This document shows, piece by piece, positions 12,121-26,500 of a stretch of 63,255 nt of DNA. Under the pieces are notes generated by a model. The model saw only the letters and a program-made list of their open reading frames with translations, made no database searches and had not been told where the DNA came from. Source of the DNA: Macrostomum lignano (taxonomy: Eukaryota); the NCBI GenBank assembly GCA_002269645.1, contig NIVC01001602.1, positions 1 through 63,255 on the forward strand. Direction: 5' to 3'. Both the position numbers and the translations under genes were made by a program. The first letter of the stretch is position 1. Each line of letters starts with the position of its first letter.

Positions 12121-14048
12121 GAGGCACGACCTGTGAGGCTTCTTTCTTTAAGAACTAACTGACTTGCTAACTTACTAACACTAAGCACGCACTGTTTTAC
12201 GTTGCCTAGCAAATTTATACATGTACTGTACGGGGCTGTCAATGATTTCCTCCATTTTTGACTATTTAAATCTAACTGCCGGAAAAAATATGATGCTAAT
12301 TTTTTTCATATTGTAATAAAGTAATTACTAACTACGCGAAACATATTACTTATCAGAGTGTACCGATAGAACTTTGTACCAAATATGTATTTTTTCAGTT
12401 TAAAGTTTGCACTGGACAGTTTTTAAATTTAAGAAGAGGACAGTCAGATAAGTTAGAAGAGAATAAAGTTGCAAGTTCATGAATTTATAAGCTCAAAAAC
12501 TTTACTGCTATCCACAGTTTAAAAACTGAGGCCCCTAAAAAACCGAGATAAAAATTATAAAATAAAGTATGTTGGATCTGAAATTAAATATTAAATAAAA
12601 GCAACTGTGTGCTGCACTGCTATTAACTAGCAAACAAGCTTAACCACAGATAGCAAAACACTAAAAGTTATAGTGCAGGGTATACACTCCTACCTTAAAT
12701 TTACATCTAGAAACGATAAGCTCGAGAGACGTCACTGAAGCAGGCGGATATAACTAACTAGAACACTTGGCTATTGTCAAAACGACCGAGGCAACGAATT
12801 TGATTGTGCGCTCCTCCTGCACTGTAGAGTGCTGTCAGTAACGCCCACGTAACACCAAGTAAAGAATAAATGCACGCACATTTTTCTTGGAATAGCCCAA
12901 TAAGCACATAAAATCCGTCCCTTTGCACCAAGCCTGCCAGAGTATAAAACTTTGCTTGGATAATTTAAGCTAAAGAACGTTTACATTTTACGCTCGTACC
13001 CTTGCACACTACTGCTGCTTTTATCTACGAAATCTTGCCAAGCAGCAGGCTGAAGCAGCGCAATTAATACGTACAGCATAGAACGGCTCTTTTTTACAAG
13101 TTTCGCAAGGTATAGTTTACTGTTTCTCTTCTGTGACTGCTTTGTAAAAACTCAAATATAGAATAGGCTCGGATAGAAAGCTGAGCATAGGATTCTAAAT
13201 GAAATTGAGTTACTTTGATTTATTTAATTTATTTATTAAATATTTCATAAGCTATCCTGTTATCACTAGCAACGATAAACTTCCTCAAAATTAATTAAAG
13301 AATAGCTCTCCTTTGCCTAAATCTACTATAAACTGTCAATATAATTAATTATACAATAAGTGTTAAATCCTTAATCATTCAGTTTGTCACAATTGAAAGA
13401 TGTCGGCCATCGTAGCATTTGAATTTACGCCCATAATAAGCACTATGGCGCAGTTTTAAGCTGTGGTTTACCTATTTTCTTTTAAAATTCTTATACTTTT
13501 GTGACATTGTCACCAATACTACCACTTGCAACACTGCTAAATTTGGTAAATAATTTCCATGGCGTCTTTGAGAAGTCTTGATGGGTCGCTAAACCATGTG
13601 ATAGGGTCTTCTGAACAAATTAATAGCGCAGTTTAGAGAATATGCAGCTTTGGCCGTCACTTTGATTCAATGATTTTCTGTAGGAATTTAGTTAAAAGTT
13701 AAAAAAACTTTATTTGCGTGACTGTTTCCTTTACGCTGCAGTAGCTCGTAATGGCCGCCACGGATTATGTTAGGCTAAAATAATGACATTATGTACAATG
13801 ACGTTGCATGATATGCATGATATACATACACGTGATTCATGTGCATTCGATTGCAAGTCTAAGTCTTCCGAAACCTAAAATAGGCATAAGTGCTAGTATT
13901 TTCGACACATAAAACAGTTTAAAACTATTCGTACGATGATCAACCAACGTTTCAAACATTTTTTTATTTCAGAACCGAGCGAGCGGCTGACTTTTTCTCA
14001 TAACTCAATTCTTAAAGTGCACGAAAGAGTTGTAGCTGTCATCTGTAT

Positions 14049-15632
14049 ATGATGCAACAGTCTGACGGCAGTTTTTCCTGTTCTGACATTACAGAGATAT
14101 CAAATATTCATCCCATCCAGCATTCCCACGGTATATTTCGCTGCGAAGTGCTTCGAGAAGCCACAAACGGTGGCAGTCATTCTGCAATGAAGTCCTTTGC
14201 TAAGAGCAGAAAAAATGACGAAAGAGATCTTGCAGAACTGCAAAGAAACAGAGATGCATTTAGGCGCGAGTACGAACTTCTAGCAAGCTTCAAGGATGCG
14301 AACTCCAACACGGCGCATCCCCACATTGTTTCGGTCACTGCCTACTTTGAGGTGTATCTCGATTACGGACCGTTGTTTTTGATGGAGCTTGCCGAATGCA
14401 GCCTGTTTGACGTCCTGAAAGACGAAGTAGCCTATCAAACTGATGATGCCGAAGGCAAATACTCTTTTAGCCACTGCATCAGCTTTCTGTTTCAAATTTC
14501 TACAGCACTAAAATACTTGCACGGAGGAATTCGCTTCAACAATGAGGTAAAGCCGGTCATTCACAGAGACCTGAAAAGTTGCAATGTATTGCTGTTTAAC
14601 CAGGGCAGACTATGCAAGCTTTGCGACTTTGACATCAGCAGACCGGTAGAAAATATCATGACTGGAGGCGTCGGAACTCCCGGCTGGAGAGCACCGGAGC
14701 TGATGCCGCACAGTTCCGACAGACGGCTGGCATACACCGTCGCAGCCGACTGCTTCTCGTTCGGTGCACTCTGTCTGGAAGCGCTGTTCCGCGAAATACC
14801 AGATAAAATAGGAAAACCTTATTGTCCTACAGATTATCAAAGTGCTGACAGTATTATCTACTTCTGCGAGCGTACAAGATTGGTGGCACGTCTGAATGAC
14901 TCGAAGTTCAAAGATTCTGCCGCCTTCGGCCTCCAAATGCCGGTAATCAAAGATTTGCTATCGGGTTTGCTTGACGATGAGCCCGATAAGAGAATCACAG
15001 CCAGTCAAGCATTTGAAACTCTGAGGAGTCTCGCTCCTCAAAGCGTCTCTCCTCTATACGGACCAGAGATTCCCCACACCTCAATCGGAGTTGGACAACG
15101 CGAGGTTAGTGAACCCATCGTTCTGGAGTCCACCGTTGAACATCCGCGCATCAGCACCAGTGAACCGAACGAGTTCGTTTCCGTATTCTACACAGTTAAG
15201 CAAGCCAATTCAAATGCTGAATTTAACGATAATGACAAGAAAAGAATTCAAAAAGTGATGGAAGTGATGATCGAGACACTGAACACTCTTGCTAGCCCAA
15301 CTGAAACGCCTTGCACCGCAAACTTCTGCATCTGCTTAACCACAGCCGATCTAGCCAATTTGATTCTAGAAATCAAAATAAAACAAAGCAACAAAAACGA
15401 AGTATCGGTGCTTGAGTGGTGTCAGAATAACGAGAAAAAATGTTCTGAGCAGTTCAGTAAATTTTTTTCAGAAGATCCAATCGTTAAGCTGCAAGATCTG
15501 GTATTCGGCATGAGGATTCCCAATCAGTTTATGCCCGACGCCGATGTCGAAAGAGAAGACACGCCTGCGCCGTCGATTACGTCAAGAGCTTGCGCATTTC
15601 TAAGAGAATGCTTGTGCGCTCATGTGAGTTAG
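14049..15632 (+). CDS. Single-coding-exon protein kinase (TKL/MAP3K-like) with unknown C-terminal domain, 527 aa
   Basis: HPHIV, FLMELA, IHRDLKSCNVLL, KLCDFD, GTPGWRAPE, ADCFSFG and PDKR motifs. An upstream in-frame stop supports the ATG. A possible 5' UTR intron spans 13110-13972. Confidence 0.92.
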   Translation: MMQQSDGSFSCSDITEISNIHPIQHSHGIFRCEVLREATNGGSHSAMKSFAKSRKNDERDLAELQRNRDAFRREYELLASFKDANSNTAHPHIVSVTAYFEVYLDYGPLFLMELAECSLFDVLKDEVAYQTDDAEGKYSFSHCISFLFQISTALKYLHGGIRFNNEVKPVIHRDLKSCNVLLFNQGRLCKLCDFDISRPVENIMTGGVGTPGWRAPELMPHSSDRRLAYTVAADCFSFGALCLEALFREIPDKIGKPYCPTDYQSADSIIYFCERTRLVARLNDSKFKDSAAFGLQMPVIKDLLSGLLDDEPDKRITASQAFETLRSLAPQSVSPLYGPEIPHTSIGVGQREVSEPIVLESTVEHPRISTSEPNEFVSVFYTVKQANSNAEFNDNDKKRIQKVMEVMIETLNTLASPTETPCTANFCICLTTADLANLILEIKIKQSNKNEVSVLEWCQNNEKKCSEQFSKFFSEDPIVKLQDLVFGMRIPNQFMPDADVEREDTPAPSITSRACAFLRECLCAHVS

Positions 15633-16089
15633 TATACGAGCGCAGATAACATTCTGTTCGTTACGGATATGTTCTGATTACGGATTCCCTACAATATTTG
15701 AAGAGCTACTTCGTATATCTTGTGGAAGTGGCTAGCTATTTGAGTTTAACTTTAAAAAGTTTGCTAATATGCTAATATTTTTCGTAATATTTGTTGATAC
15801 TTATTTGTATTTGTATTTCTTATTATGAATAAGAAACTAACATAATTTTCCTATCAAAAAGCTTTATGAATATCAATAGAGCTATAAGAACGGCACAACA
15901 TATCAAAAGATGAACACTGGGTCTGCCTCCTATCGAAGGCAATAACAATTTTTGTGCTGAAAAATGAAAACTTCTTATCTCCGTAGTGTATTTTGCCTTC
16001 AAATTAGTGCCTTCAAAACTTTTACCCATGAAACATGAGTGTCGCATCCTGTATATACGCCTTGCTTTCGTTTTCCTTGTTTTGCAGAT

Positions 16090-17290
16090 AGGAAATTTTA
16101 AAGCACACGGATACTTTAATACTTCTGTGCTACCGACAGTTGTACACGCTTACAATCGTGGTTGCATAATTTTGCGTCCAAGACGATGATGAATATAGTA
16201 CTACTATTTGCTCTTTCAATCGTTATAGTATATTTGATTGTTTAAAGGTATGTAAGCAGGCTCTCTCTCTCTGACCTAAAATGTTATCCGTGTGGACTTT
16301 TTGCCTGACTATTGACAGAGGAATTGATGCCTACTATAATTACCTATAAAACTGCCCTCTGTAAATATTAATTATTTTTCTCTAATGTGCATTACCTTTT
16401 TTATCAGTTTATTCAGTATGCGGAGTGATTCCACAATCTCGAATCCTTTTTCGGACTAAATAATAGAAGATGGAGATAAAATTTCAACTTTAGCCTCTAG
16501 AATGGAATTAAATACTGCGGCTGAGAATGAGAATAGCTTACTTGGAGTATATATCAATTTTGAGTAATTTTACTTTGGCAAAGAAACTTACGCGTTAACT
16601 CGTGAGAGCTACAATTTTTTACTGCTTCATCATCTGACTTGAAGATGAAACAATAGCACGACGTCACGGGGCTACGTCGACTGCTTCTTACAAGCTAGAT
16701 CACGCCTCAGTAGGCCAAGTGGAAAAGCTATAGGCAATTGAATGCGTGTAGAGTGTTAAATGCTTAGTAAAGACAGGCCACAGAAGAAAGAGAGAAAGAA
16801 AGACTTGAAGACTAGATACGAGCGTAATATGGGAGAGAGTTATACTCCTCTTCTCCCTCCTCATCTCCTTAAAGAGCAGGAAAATTCCAGCAGCAATTCC
16901 CAATATTGATTTTTCCCTAGCATTTCCAAGCCTTGGCAAAGTCCTCAAATAAAGGCATTATGATGGGAGCCAAGAAAGTTGCAATTTTTACTCAGTTTTT
17001 CTACTACTGCAAAAGGGCTTGTTGCAGCAATCGACTTTACTAACTTTTGCCAATTTCTCTTAACTAACTAGCAGTAGAACTACATGTAGAGGGTAAAGTA
17101 TCTGATTGCCCACTTGACTAGCGAGAACAAAACCACTCCATAGTAGACAATTAAGAAAGTTTAAAAGTCTGGACAAAAGGCTGGCAGTATCACGTTTTTG
17201 TCGGCATAACTATTTTTCTGATAGATTCGCTCTTTAAAAACGACAGAGTTACGATCTGAGGTGGCTAAGCTAGGTTTAGAAAAGTAAAGA
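16090..17290 (+). repeat. ~1.1-kb non-coding block, copy A of four (others ~29965-30720, ~41368-42485, ~61700-62730)
   Basis: Shared colinear motifs, e.g. gcggagtgattcc..aatctcgaatc, ctctagaatggaa, ggggctacgtcgactgcttc, aaggcattatgatggg. Confidence 0.85.
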
Positions 17291-18989
17291 TGGAAGCAGA
17301 ATGCCTTCTTTTAGAAATTTATTTCTAGAAACTTCTGCTCTAACTCTATCTGCGTCTATCTATTAGACATAGTGGAAACTACTGCCAGAAGTATGGGCCA
17401 GGTAGGGAGGAGGGAAAGGCAAGGAAGGCAAGGAGAGACAATGGCGAGTGGCTGTCCTAGCAACCATGCAGCAAAATATTTTACACCCACACGGAATTCC
17501 TTCAAAAATGAGAAGTAGAAAACAACTTTGAGCATCCTACTGAGAGCCCGGAAAGATATTTGCAAGATTGCGTTAAAAATTCCCAATGGAGTCAATAATT
17601 TTCGGCTTGTTAATGCTTCTGGTCTGTTGCTGTATTTTCTGGGATGCTGCTCAAGGTAAGCCAATTGATTTGCATATTAGTGGATTCTGCATTATCTACA
17701 TGCATGTGAGAAAATACAGATAAAAGATGAGAGAGTAGAGGTGAGAGATTAAATTAGAGAAGAGTAGAGAGAGAGAAGCAGGAGATGGAGGAGATGAGAA
17801 GAGAGGAGATTGTTATTCTGAAGCAGGGAGATAAGGAGAGAGAGATGAGAAGAGTGACAAACATGCAAATACTCTGACCGGCCAGGATTGCAGGATTGCA
17901 ATTCTGAAGTTTCAAAGGAAGGGCTCGACGGTCTGGATAGCCAGAGGCTTACCGGTCTGCATGCGGCCCTCGGGCCAGAGTTTGCCGACCCCTACAGTCT
18001 AAGTGAACATTCGCGCTGTCAGTGACTCATAGCCCGCACAGCTGGTGCAGGCGGTGCTGCTAATAGGCTTCCTGCCTGCAAGGAGAGGCAGTGACCAGGA
18101 GATTGCATATGTGCAGCTCTTTAACGCCCTACAATCGCTTTGCAGGATCCTGCAATCCTGCTCGCTACACGCAGCACAATGGTGTCCTTACGATCAACTC
18201 CGGAGTCAGCAGCCAAGTCAGTAACATCTCTGGAGTGGAATCCCTGCAGGGTTGCCTGACTCTGTGCCGGATGAGGGACTGCGTTGCTCTCGAGTACCGA
18301 CCGAGCAGCTGTCTTTGCCGGCTGGTAACCCAGCCGGCGTCCTTTCACCCAAGTGGAAGTAGCGAATCAAAAGTTCTGGGATCGGAGGCCGGCACTGTCG
18401 TCTTGAGGCTGGACAGTTTTCGCGATTTCAATGTCACTCACTTTATTTTTAACCGTGAGTACCATTGCGTCTAAAAAGTTACGATTGTGTGCATAATTAA
18501 AACTCGTCTTTCTATTCAAAGTGACAGCAGCATATTGTATGGTATCCGTTTACGCACAGCAGGTTGGATAGTAACAGAACGTGTATTTCGAAATGTGACT
18601 CGTAAGAATTGCAGAAAAATGATTTAATTATGCTTTGCAAGGCACTGGCGAGATAGGCAGTCTCATAACCTGGAGCATTTGAAGTAACAAGTAGTTGCTA
18701 GTGTAGATGGTTGTGCAATTGATTTAATTAGATTGGGGATGAAGTTCTTAACTGATTGCTAACTTTGAACTTCTGTGTACTAAACCATGAATGCTAAATT
18801 CTGTGGCCACGACTTGAAAGAAATCTAAGATAGGTATTCATTATTGTTCCTATAGTGAATTTTTAGTTTAAAAATCAGACATGAGCCAACAAACCTAATT
18901 TACAGCTTTGTAGCGTCCATTGTGCATACGCTCGTAGATCCAAAAAAGCAAACGATTGCTCCCTCCAGGGAAAGGACCTCAGGACGGAA

Positions 18990-19185
18990 TAGGGTCTATA
19001 GAAGAGGGTCTGAGAATGGGTATAGAGAAAGGTTCTAGAGAATGGGTCTAGACAAGAGAGTCTAGAGGAAGGGTTTACACAGAATTGGTCTACAGAAAGG
19101 GTCTAGAGAATGGGTCTAGAGAATGGGTCTAGAGAATGGGTCTAGAGAATGGGTCTAGAGAATGGGTCTAGAGAATGGGTCTACA
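18990..19185. repeat. 13-bp minisatellite (GGTCTAGAGAATG)n
   Basis: Perfect copies at ~19098-19180, degenerate copies upstream. Confidence 0.9.
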
Positions 19186-19719
19186 GTCGCATTGAACAAG
19201 AAAATATGCATCTCACATGCATTTATTATCGAAAAGTTTTGATCGGGCATATCTTTGTTTAAAGACTTGCTAAAGCATTGGGGAGAGGGCAATGCAGACA
19301 GTATCTGACCGAGTATCTATAATATGCGCTGCAGGAAAAAACATTGCGGGCAAACCTCGGCATGAAAAATTCGGGGGGTGGCAATTCACTCACGGGAAAA
19401 ATGCACTGCGGGCAAATCTCAACAGGCAATGTGTCTGCGTTTGATGTTTTGGCCAGAGACATTATAGTTAATCATTCAGACGGCTTGCAGCCTGTCGCCA
19501 GATTTACAAACTGGTCTATGAAACGAAATTCCATCGCACCTGTACGCTCGTAACTTTTAATTGTAGTAGCTGGTACCAATTTAAATGAAGAAAAACCAAA
19601 TACGATGCAAAAATTATAGCTGTTTAGCCCTAATGTTTCGAAAATAATTTTCGTGGACAATTTAATTCAATACAAACAATATGAAACAGAATAATTTTTG
19701 GTAATGTATTTCGTTTGGA

Positions 19720-22700
19720 AAACTGTAGCCACCATAAACTGTAGCCACCATAAAATGTAGCCACCATAAACTGTAGCCACTATAAACTGTAGCCACCATA
19801 AACTGTAGCCACCATAAACTGTAGCCACCATAAACTGTAGCCACCATAAACTGTGGCCAACATAAGTTGTAGCCACCATAAACTGTAGCCACCATAAACT
19901 GTAGCCACCATAAACTGTAGCCACCATAAACTGTAGCCACCATAACTGCAGCCACCATAAGCTGTAGCCACCATAAACTGTAGCCACCATAATCTGTGGC
20001 CACCATAAGCTGTAGCCACCATAAACTGTAGCCACCATAACTGTAGCCACCATAACTGTAGCCACCATAAGCTGTAGCCACCATAAACTGTAGCCACCAT
20101 AAACTGTGGCCACCATAAACTGTAGCCACCATAAACTGTAGCCACCATAAACTGTGGCCAACATAAGTTGTAGCCACCATAAACTGTAGCCACCATAAAC
20201 TGTAGCCACCATAAACTGTAGCCACCATAACTGTAGCCACCATAAGCTGTAGCCACCATAAACTGTAGCCACCATAAACTGTGGCCACCATAAGCTGTAG
20301 CCACCATAAACTGTAGCCACCATAACTGTAGCCACCATAACTGTAGCCACCATAACTGTAGCCACCATAAACTGTAGCCACCATAAACTGTAGCCACCAT
20401 AAACTGTAGCCACCATAAACTGTAGCCACCATAAACTGTAGCCACCATAAACTGTAGCCACCATAAACTGTAGCCACCATAAACTGTAGCCACCATAAAC
20501 TGTAGCCACCATAAACTGTAGTCACCATAAACTGTAGCCACCATAAACTGTAGCCACCATAAACTGTAGCCACCATAAACTGTAGCCACCATAAACTGTA
20601 GCCACCATAAACTGTAGCCACCATAAACTGTAGCCACCATAACTGTAGCCACCATAACTGTAGCCACCATAACTGTAGCCACCATAACTGTAGCCACCAT
20701 AAACTGTGGCCACCATAAACTGTAGCCACCATAAACTGTAGCCACCATAAACTGTAGCCACCATAAACTGTAGCCACCATAAACTGTAGCCACCATAAAC
20801 TGTAGCCACCATAAACTGTGGCCACCATAAACTGTAGCCACCATAAACTGTAGCCACTATAAACTGTAGCCACCATAAACTGTAGCCACCATAAACTGTA
20901 GCCACCATAAACTGTGGCCAACATAAGTTGTAGCCACCATAAACTGTAGCCACCATAAACTGTAGCCACCATAAACTGTAGCCACCATAAACTGTGGCCA
21001 CCATAAACTGTAGCCACCATAAACTGTAGCCACCATAAACTGTAGCCACCATAAACTGTAGCCACCATAAGCTGTAGCCACCATAAACTGTAGCCACCAT
21101 AAACTGTAGCCACCATAACTGTAGCCACCATAACTGTAGCCACCATAAACTGTAGCCACCATAAACTGTAGCCACCATAAACTGTAGCCACCATAAACTG
21201 TAGCCACCATAAACTGTAGCCACCATAAACTGTAGCCACCATAAACTGTAGCCACCATAAACTGTAGCCACCATAAACTGTAGCCACCATAAACTGTAGT
21301 CACCATAAACTGTAGCCACCATAAACTGTAGCCACCATAAACTGTAGCCACCATAAACTGTAGCCACCATAAACTGTAGCCACCATAAACTGTAGCCACC
21401 ATAAACTGTAGCCACCATAACTGTAGCCACCATAACTGTAGCCACCATAACTGTAGCCACCAAAACTGTAGCCACCATAAACTGTGGCCACCATAAACTG
21501 TAGCCACCATAAACTGTAGCCACCATAAACTGTAGCCACCATAAACTGTAGCCACCATAAACTGTAGCCACCATAAACTGTAGCCACCATAAACTGTGGC
21601 CACCATAAACTGTAGCCACCATAAACTGTAGCCACTATAAACTGTAGCCACCATAAACTGTAGCCACCATAAACTGTAGCCACCATAAACTGTGGCCAAC
21701 ATAAGTTGTAGCCACCATAAACTGTAGCCACCATAAACTGTAGCCACCATAAACTGTAGCCACCATAAACTGTAGCCACCATAAACTGTAGCCACCATAA
21801 ACTGTAGCCACCATAAACTGTAGCCACCATAAACTGTAGCCACCATAAGCTGTAGCCACCATAAACTGTAGCCACCATAAACTGTAGCCACCATAAACTG
21901 TAGCCACCATAAACTGTAGCCACCATAAGCTGTAGCCACCATAAACTGTAGCCACCATAAACTGTAGCCACCATAACTGTAGCCACCATAACTGTAGCCA
22001 CCATAAACTGTAGCCACCATAAACTGTAGCCACCATAAACTGTAGCCACCATAAACTGTAGCCACCATAAACTGTAGCCACCATAAACTGTAGCCACCAT
22101 AAACTGTAGCCACCATAAACTGTAGCCACCATAAACTGTAGCCACCATAAACTGTAGTCACCATAAACTGTAGCCACCATAAACTGTAGCCACCATAAAC
22201 TGTAGCCACCATAAACTGTAGCCATCATAAACTGTAGCCACCATAAACTGTAGCCACCATAAACTGTAGCCACCATAACTGTAGCCACCATAACTGTAGC
22301 CACCATAACTGTAGCCACCAAAACTGTAGCCACCATAAACTGTGGCCACCATAAACTGTAGCCACCATAAACTGTAGCCACCATAAACTGTAGCCACCAT
22401 AAACTGTAGCCACCATAAACTGTAGCCACCATAAACTGTAGCCACCATAAACTGTGGCCACCATAAACTGTAGCCACCATAAACTGTAGCCACTATAAAC
22501 TGTAGCCACCATAAACTGTAGCCACCATAAACTGTAGCCACCATAAACTGTGGCCAACATAAGTTGTAGCCACCATAAACTGTAGCCACCATAAACTGTA
22601 GCCACCATAAACTGTAGCCACCATAAACTGTAGCCACCATAAACTGTAGCCACCATAAACTGTAGCCACCATAAACTGTAGCCACCATAAACTGTAGCCA

Positions 22701-23568
22701 CCATAAGCTGTAGCCACCATAAACTGTAGCCACCATAAACTGTAGCCACCATAAGCTGTAGCCACCATAAACTGTAGCCACCATAAACTGTAGCCACCAT
22801 AAACTGTAGCCACCATAAACTGTAGCCACCATAAACTGTAGCCACCATAAACTGTAGCCACTATAAACTGTAGCCACCATAAACTGTAGCCACCATAAAC
22901 TGTAGCCACCATAAACTGTAGCCACCATAAACTGTAGCCACCATAAACTGTGGCCACCATAAACTGTAGCCACCATAAACTGTAGCCACTATAAACTGTA
23001 GCCACCATAAACTGTAGCCACCATAAACTGTAGCCACCATAAACTGTGGCCAACATAAGTTGTAGCCACCATAAACTGTAGCCACCATAAACTGTAGCCA
23101 CCATAAACTGTAGCCACCATAAACTGTAGCCACCATAAACTGTAGCCACCATAAACTGTAGCCACCATAAACTGTAGCCACCATAAACTGTAGCCACCAT
23201 AAGCTGTAGCCACCATAAACTGTAGCCACCATAAACTGTAGCCACCATAAACTGTAGCCACCATAAACTGTAGCCACCATAAACTGTAGCCACCATAAAC
23301 TGTAGCCACCATAAACTGTAGCCACCATAAACTGTAGCCACCATAAACTGTAGCCACTATAAACTGTAGCCACCATAAACTGTAGCCACCATAAACTGTA
23401 GCCACCATAAACTGTGGCCAACATAAGTTGTAGCCACCATAAACTGTAGCCACCATAACTGTAGCCACCATAAACTGTAGCCACCATAAACTGTAGTCAC
23501 CATAAACTGTAGCCACCATAAACTGTAGCCACCATAAACTGTAGCCACCATAAACTGTAGCTACCATT
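19720..23568. repeat. 16-bp satellite (GCCACCATAAACTGTA)n, ~240 units, with 15-bp and point variants; intronic
   Basis: Direct inspection; explains all the MVATVYGGYSLWWLQF ORFs. Confidence 0.98.
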
Positions 23569-26500
23569 AGCCAGTACAGCGTCCTTTCTCTTCAGTCCTC
23601 CATGGGCAGATTTCTTACTCGTATTTATGCTCTAGTTTCTGTGCAACATCGGTAGACGAAATTGTATTGATCGAAAAAATCTAAACGCAGACACCAACGC
23701 CGGCAAGTACGGCTCCATCCAGAAGATGGTGATCAGCGCTAGTGGCTGCTACCGCATCGAGATCGCCGGCGCCAGAGGCGGAAACAGCCCTTCAAATCAG
23801 GGTGGAAAAGGTGCTCTCTTGGCAGGCACTGTCAGCCTGACAGCCGGCGTCGAGCTGTCAATTGCAGTCGGACAGGCTGGGATTCAACCCAGATCAAACT
23901 GTGGAAAATGCAGCGGCGGCGGCGGTGGAGGCAGTTTCGTTTACGTGACATCAACCAATTAGCTGCTGATGGCGGCTGGTGGTGGTGGTGGTGCTGGCTT
24001 CAGGCTAGATGGTAAGTACGCCCGTAAGAGTTTATGGAATGAATGTGATACCTATTCCATGCTAGTTCCTCTATTTTTCAATTTGCACATTTTTTAACAT
24101 GCGAGTATTGGAACTGCAAACATTCGTAAAACTCAGAGTAAGTCCAGTCCTTTTACAATATCGTTGTAAAGAGGCTGAGAGGAACGCAAAGAGAACGTTT
24201 TTGTGCAATTATTCATTTCTAGTTTATATTACTTCTTAGTTAAAACCAATAAAACCGATAAATATTTTTGAAGATTTGATTAAATCGTTTTTATGAAAAT
24301 CAGTCGAGCCATTTTTTTCTGAAATCAATCACGTACTCATACCTACCTGCCTAGATAGATAGAGACAACTCATTTTTAGTAGAGTGAAAATACTAAATAC
24401 TCGTAATTTTTTGCGAATCACTCAACGACTAATTGCAGGACATCCAGGCGAGGCTGGGCGGAATGGTTCTGACTCGACTGGCGAAAGCAACGTAAGGCTG
24501 GATATTCTGGGTAGTGTTTTATTTTCCCTTTCCCTTGAAACTCCCTACTAAATCGAAGTAGGCTAAAAGAGTTTGCGTACTCTAATTTTATTGATTTTGA
24601 ATTGAAAGGAGGGTTTTCAGACAATGAATGGCCCACAGTTCTTTTAAGTTTTGTCTTAGATGCTAAAGTGTGCTTAGGCTAGATTATACGACAGATATTT
24701 CTTCTTTGAGGACATTACGATTCTAGATGTTGATATGCCAACCGGAAATTTTAGTTACTTGACCTCTGCTCTCTTGGAGGCTTTGTTCTTCATTCTTTGC
24801 CCGAATAAGCCACATTGACGCTCCTCTAGGACTTTGATTACTTCTGCCAGTAGTTTGCGTCTTTATCTGTACACCGAATCGGCGACGTACTGGTAATCTG
24901 CTAGCTTCATCAACATCGGTATTTTCGAGGACTGTCCAAAAGTCAGGGTCACATGATCAGCCTGAATACCTGGATACTATCTTTTGAGCAGACTATAAAA
25001 GATTCAGTCTAATTCCAAATGCACATAACTAAGTGTCGATGTCATCAACAACTTATTGGTTCAATTTAATAACTGCTTGGATTTCGATTCCACGGTCCCA
25101 AGTTCTAGTAAAAAATGTGTTCCATGTGCCCTCAGAGGCCTGTATGATTATAAATGTACAAGTTCTGAGGGATTATACATAATTTCTGTTTCTATATATT
25201 TAATTTATTCAGCATCATCTAAGAGGACTGGGAGGCATCAATGGACAGCCGGGTAGTAACGATCCTAGTTCTACGCAAGGCAACGTTAATCACGGAGGTT
25301 GCGGTGCGGGCTGGCTCGGCAGAGCTTCGAAGCCCAGGCGACGCACACTCGATGGGGAGCGAGGAGGCAGTCTGGCCGAGGGCTGGGTTGGCGGCAGTGC
25401 TGGAGAAACAGCCAAGCTGACGGTGGCTTCGGCGGTGGAGGTGGTGCTGGCTATGGACAGTCGACGGATTTTTACGCAGCCGCTGGAGCTGGTGGCGGCT
25501 ACAGCGGAGGCGGTGCCGGCTGCTATGGCAACCATTGCGGCGGAGGCGGCGGTTCATTCTGCAGCGGAACCGGTTGTGTGGCCACTACAGGTGGCAACAC
25601 GGACAGCGAGCATGGCTACGTGGTGATGCGTCTTGTCGATTCGTTTGGAGCTACGTGTCCCTAAGTGAGCTTTTCGAGGGTCATTCGCAGAGTTCCGTAA
25701 AAACCACAGATACTATAAAAACTTAACGGACTATTCAGAATATCTGCGCATAAGCTACTTTTAATGGAGCAGAGTGCTCTGAGTGCAGATTAAAGTGTAG
25801 AGTATAGGCTTGATGATGATAGGCAAGCATGCATATATACTCAACAACGTTGAAAACCGCCATCCTAGAGCGACTGACTTCAACTCGTTAAACTCCAACG
25901 ACGCATGAAGGTTTCCCAACTCTTGCTTCGGTGTACTGGGTCTGGGGTGGCGACTTTCAATGTTGCTGAGTACATAATATCACATTTAGATTCAGTATGT
26001 ATAGCTGATGTAATGGGTACTACAAAAACTGTGTGTGATAAAGAAGTTAAATTTAACTGTGAGAGTTAAATATGCAATGCTGTACACTTGCGACTCGTAT
26101 AAATTTCGCTGGAGGCCGATTCAGGGCTCAAAAAATGCTAGCGAAATTAAAATTTCTCAGTTTTTAACAAAAACTTCACAATATCTCGCCTTTTGGACTT
26201 TCGAAAATTTCAAATGAAGCAAGATGTTGTTCTAGGTGTATTCTGCCAGGAGAAACTTTTCCCTGGCTTTAATTCTAAACTCCTCCTAATATTTAGCTAC
26301 ATACACTCAGCAACATGTTTCCACCCCGAAACCAGTGTTCAACAAGTCGCAGCTTCAATTCAACTTCTGTCATAACTCTCCACTCTCTCCTCACCACTTT
26401 AAGCTGAGGCTTTATGGCGCAGGGTGCATCACCCCCAATTGAGACGAAAACCGCGTTGTGTGGTGTAAATTGCGTCACTTGGGGCTGAAATCTGGTTTCA

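Larger units (their letters stand above)
17586..25664 (+). pseudogene. Signal peptide + PAN/Apple-like + ALK/LTK-type glycine-rich protein, copy 1 (disrupted)
   Basis: Exons 17586-17655, 18146-18454, 23691-24011 and 25213-25664. In-frame TAG at 23960-23962, a 1-nt frameshift at ~25405, and no recognisable 53-nt micro-exon. Confidence 0.8.

Noticed and set aside
19662-23567. Many long ORFs (MVATVYGGYSLWWLQF repeats)
   Set aside because: Artefacts of a stop-free 16-bp satellite read in shifting frames.
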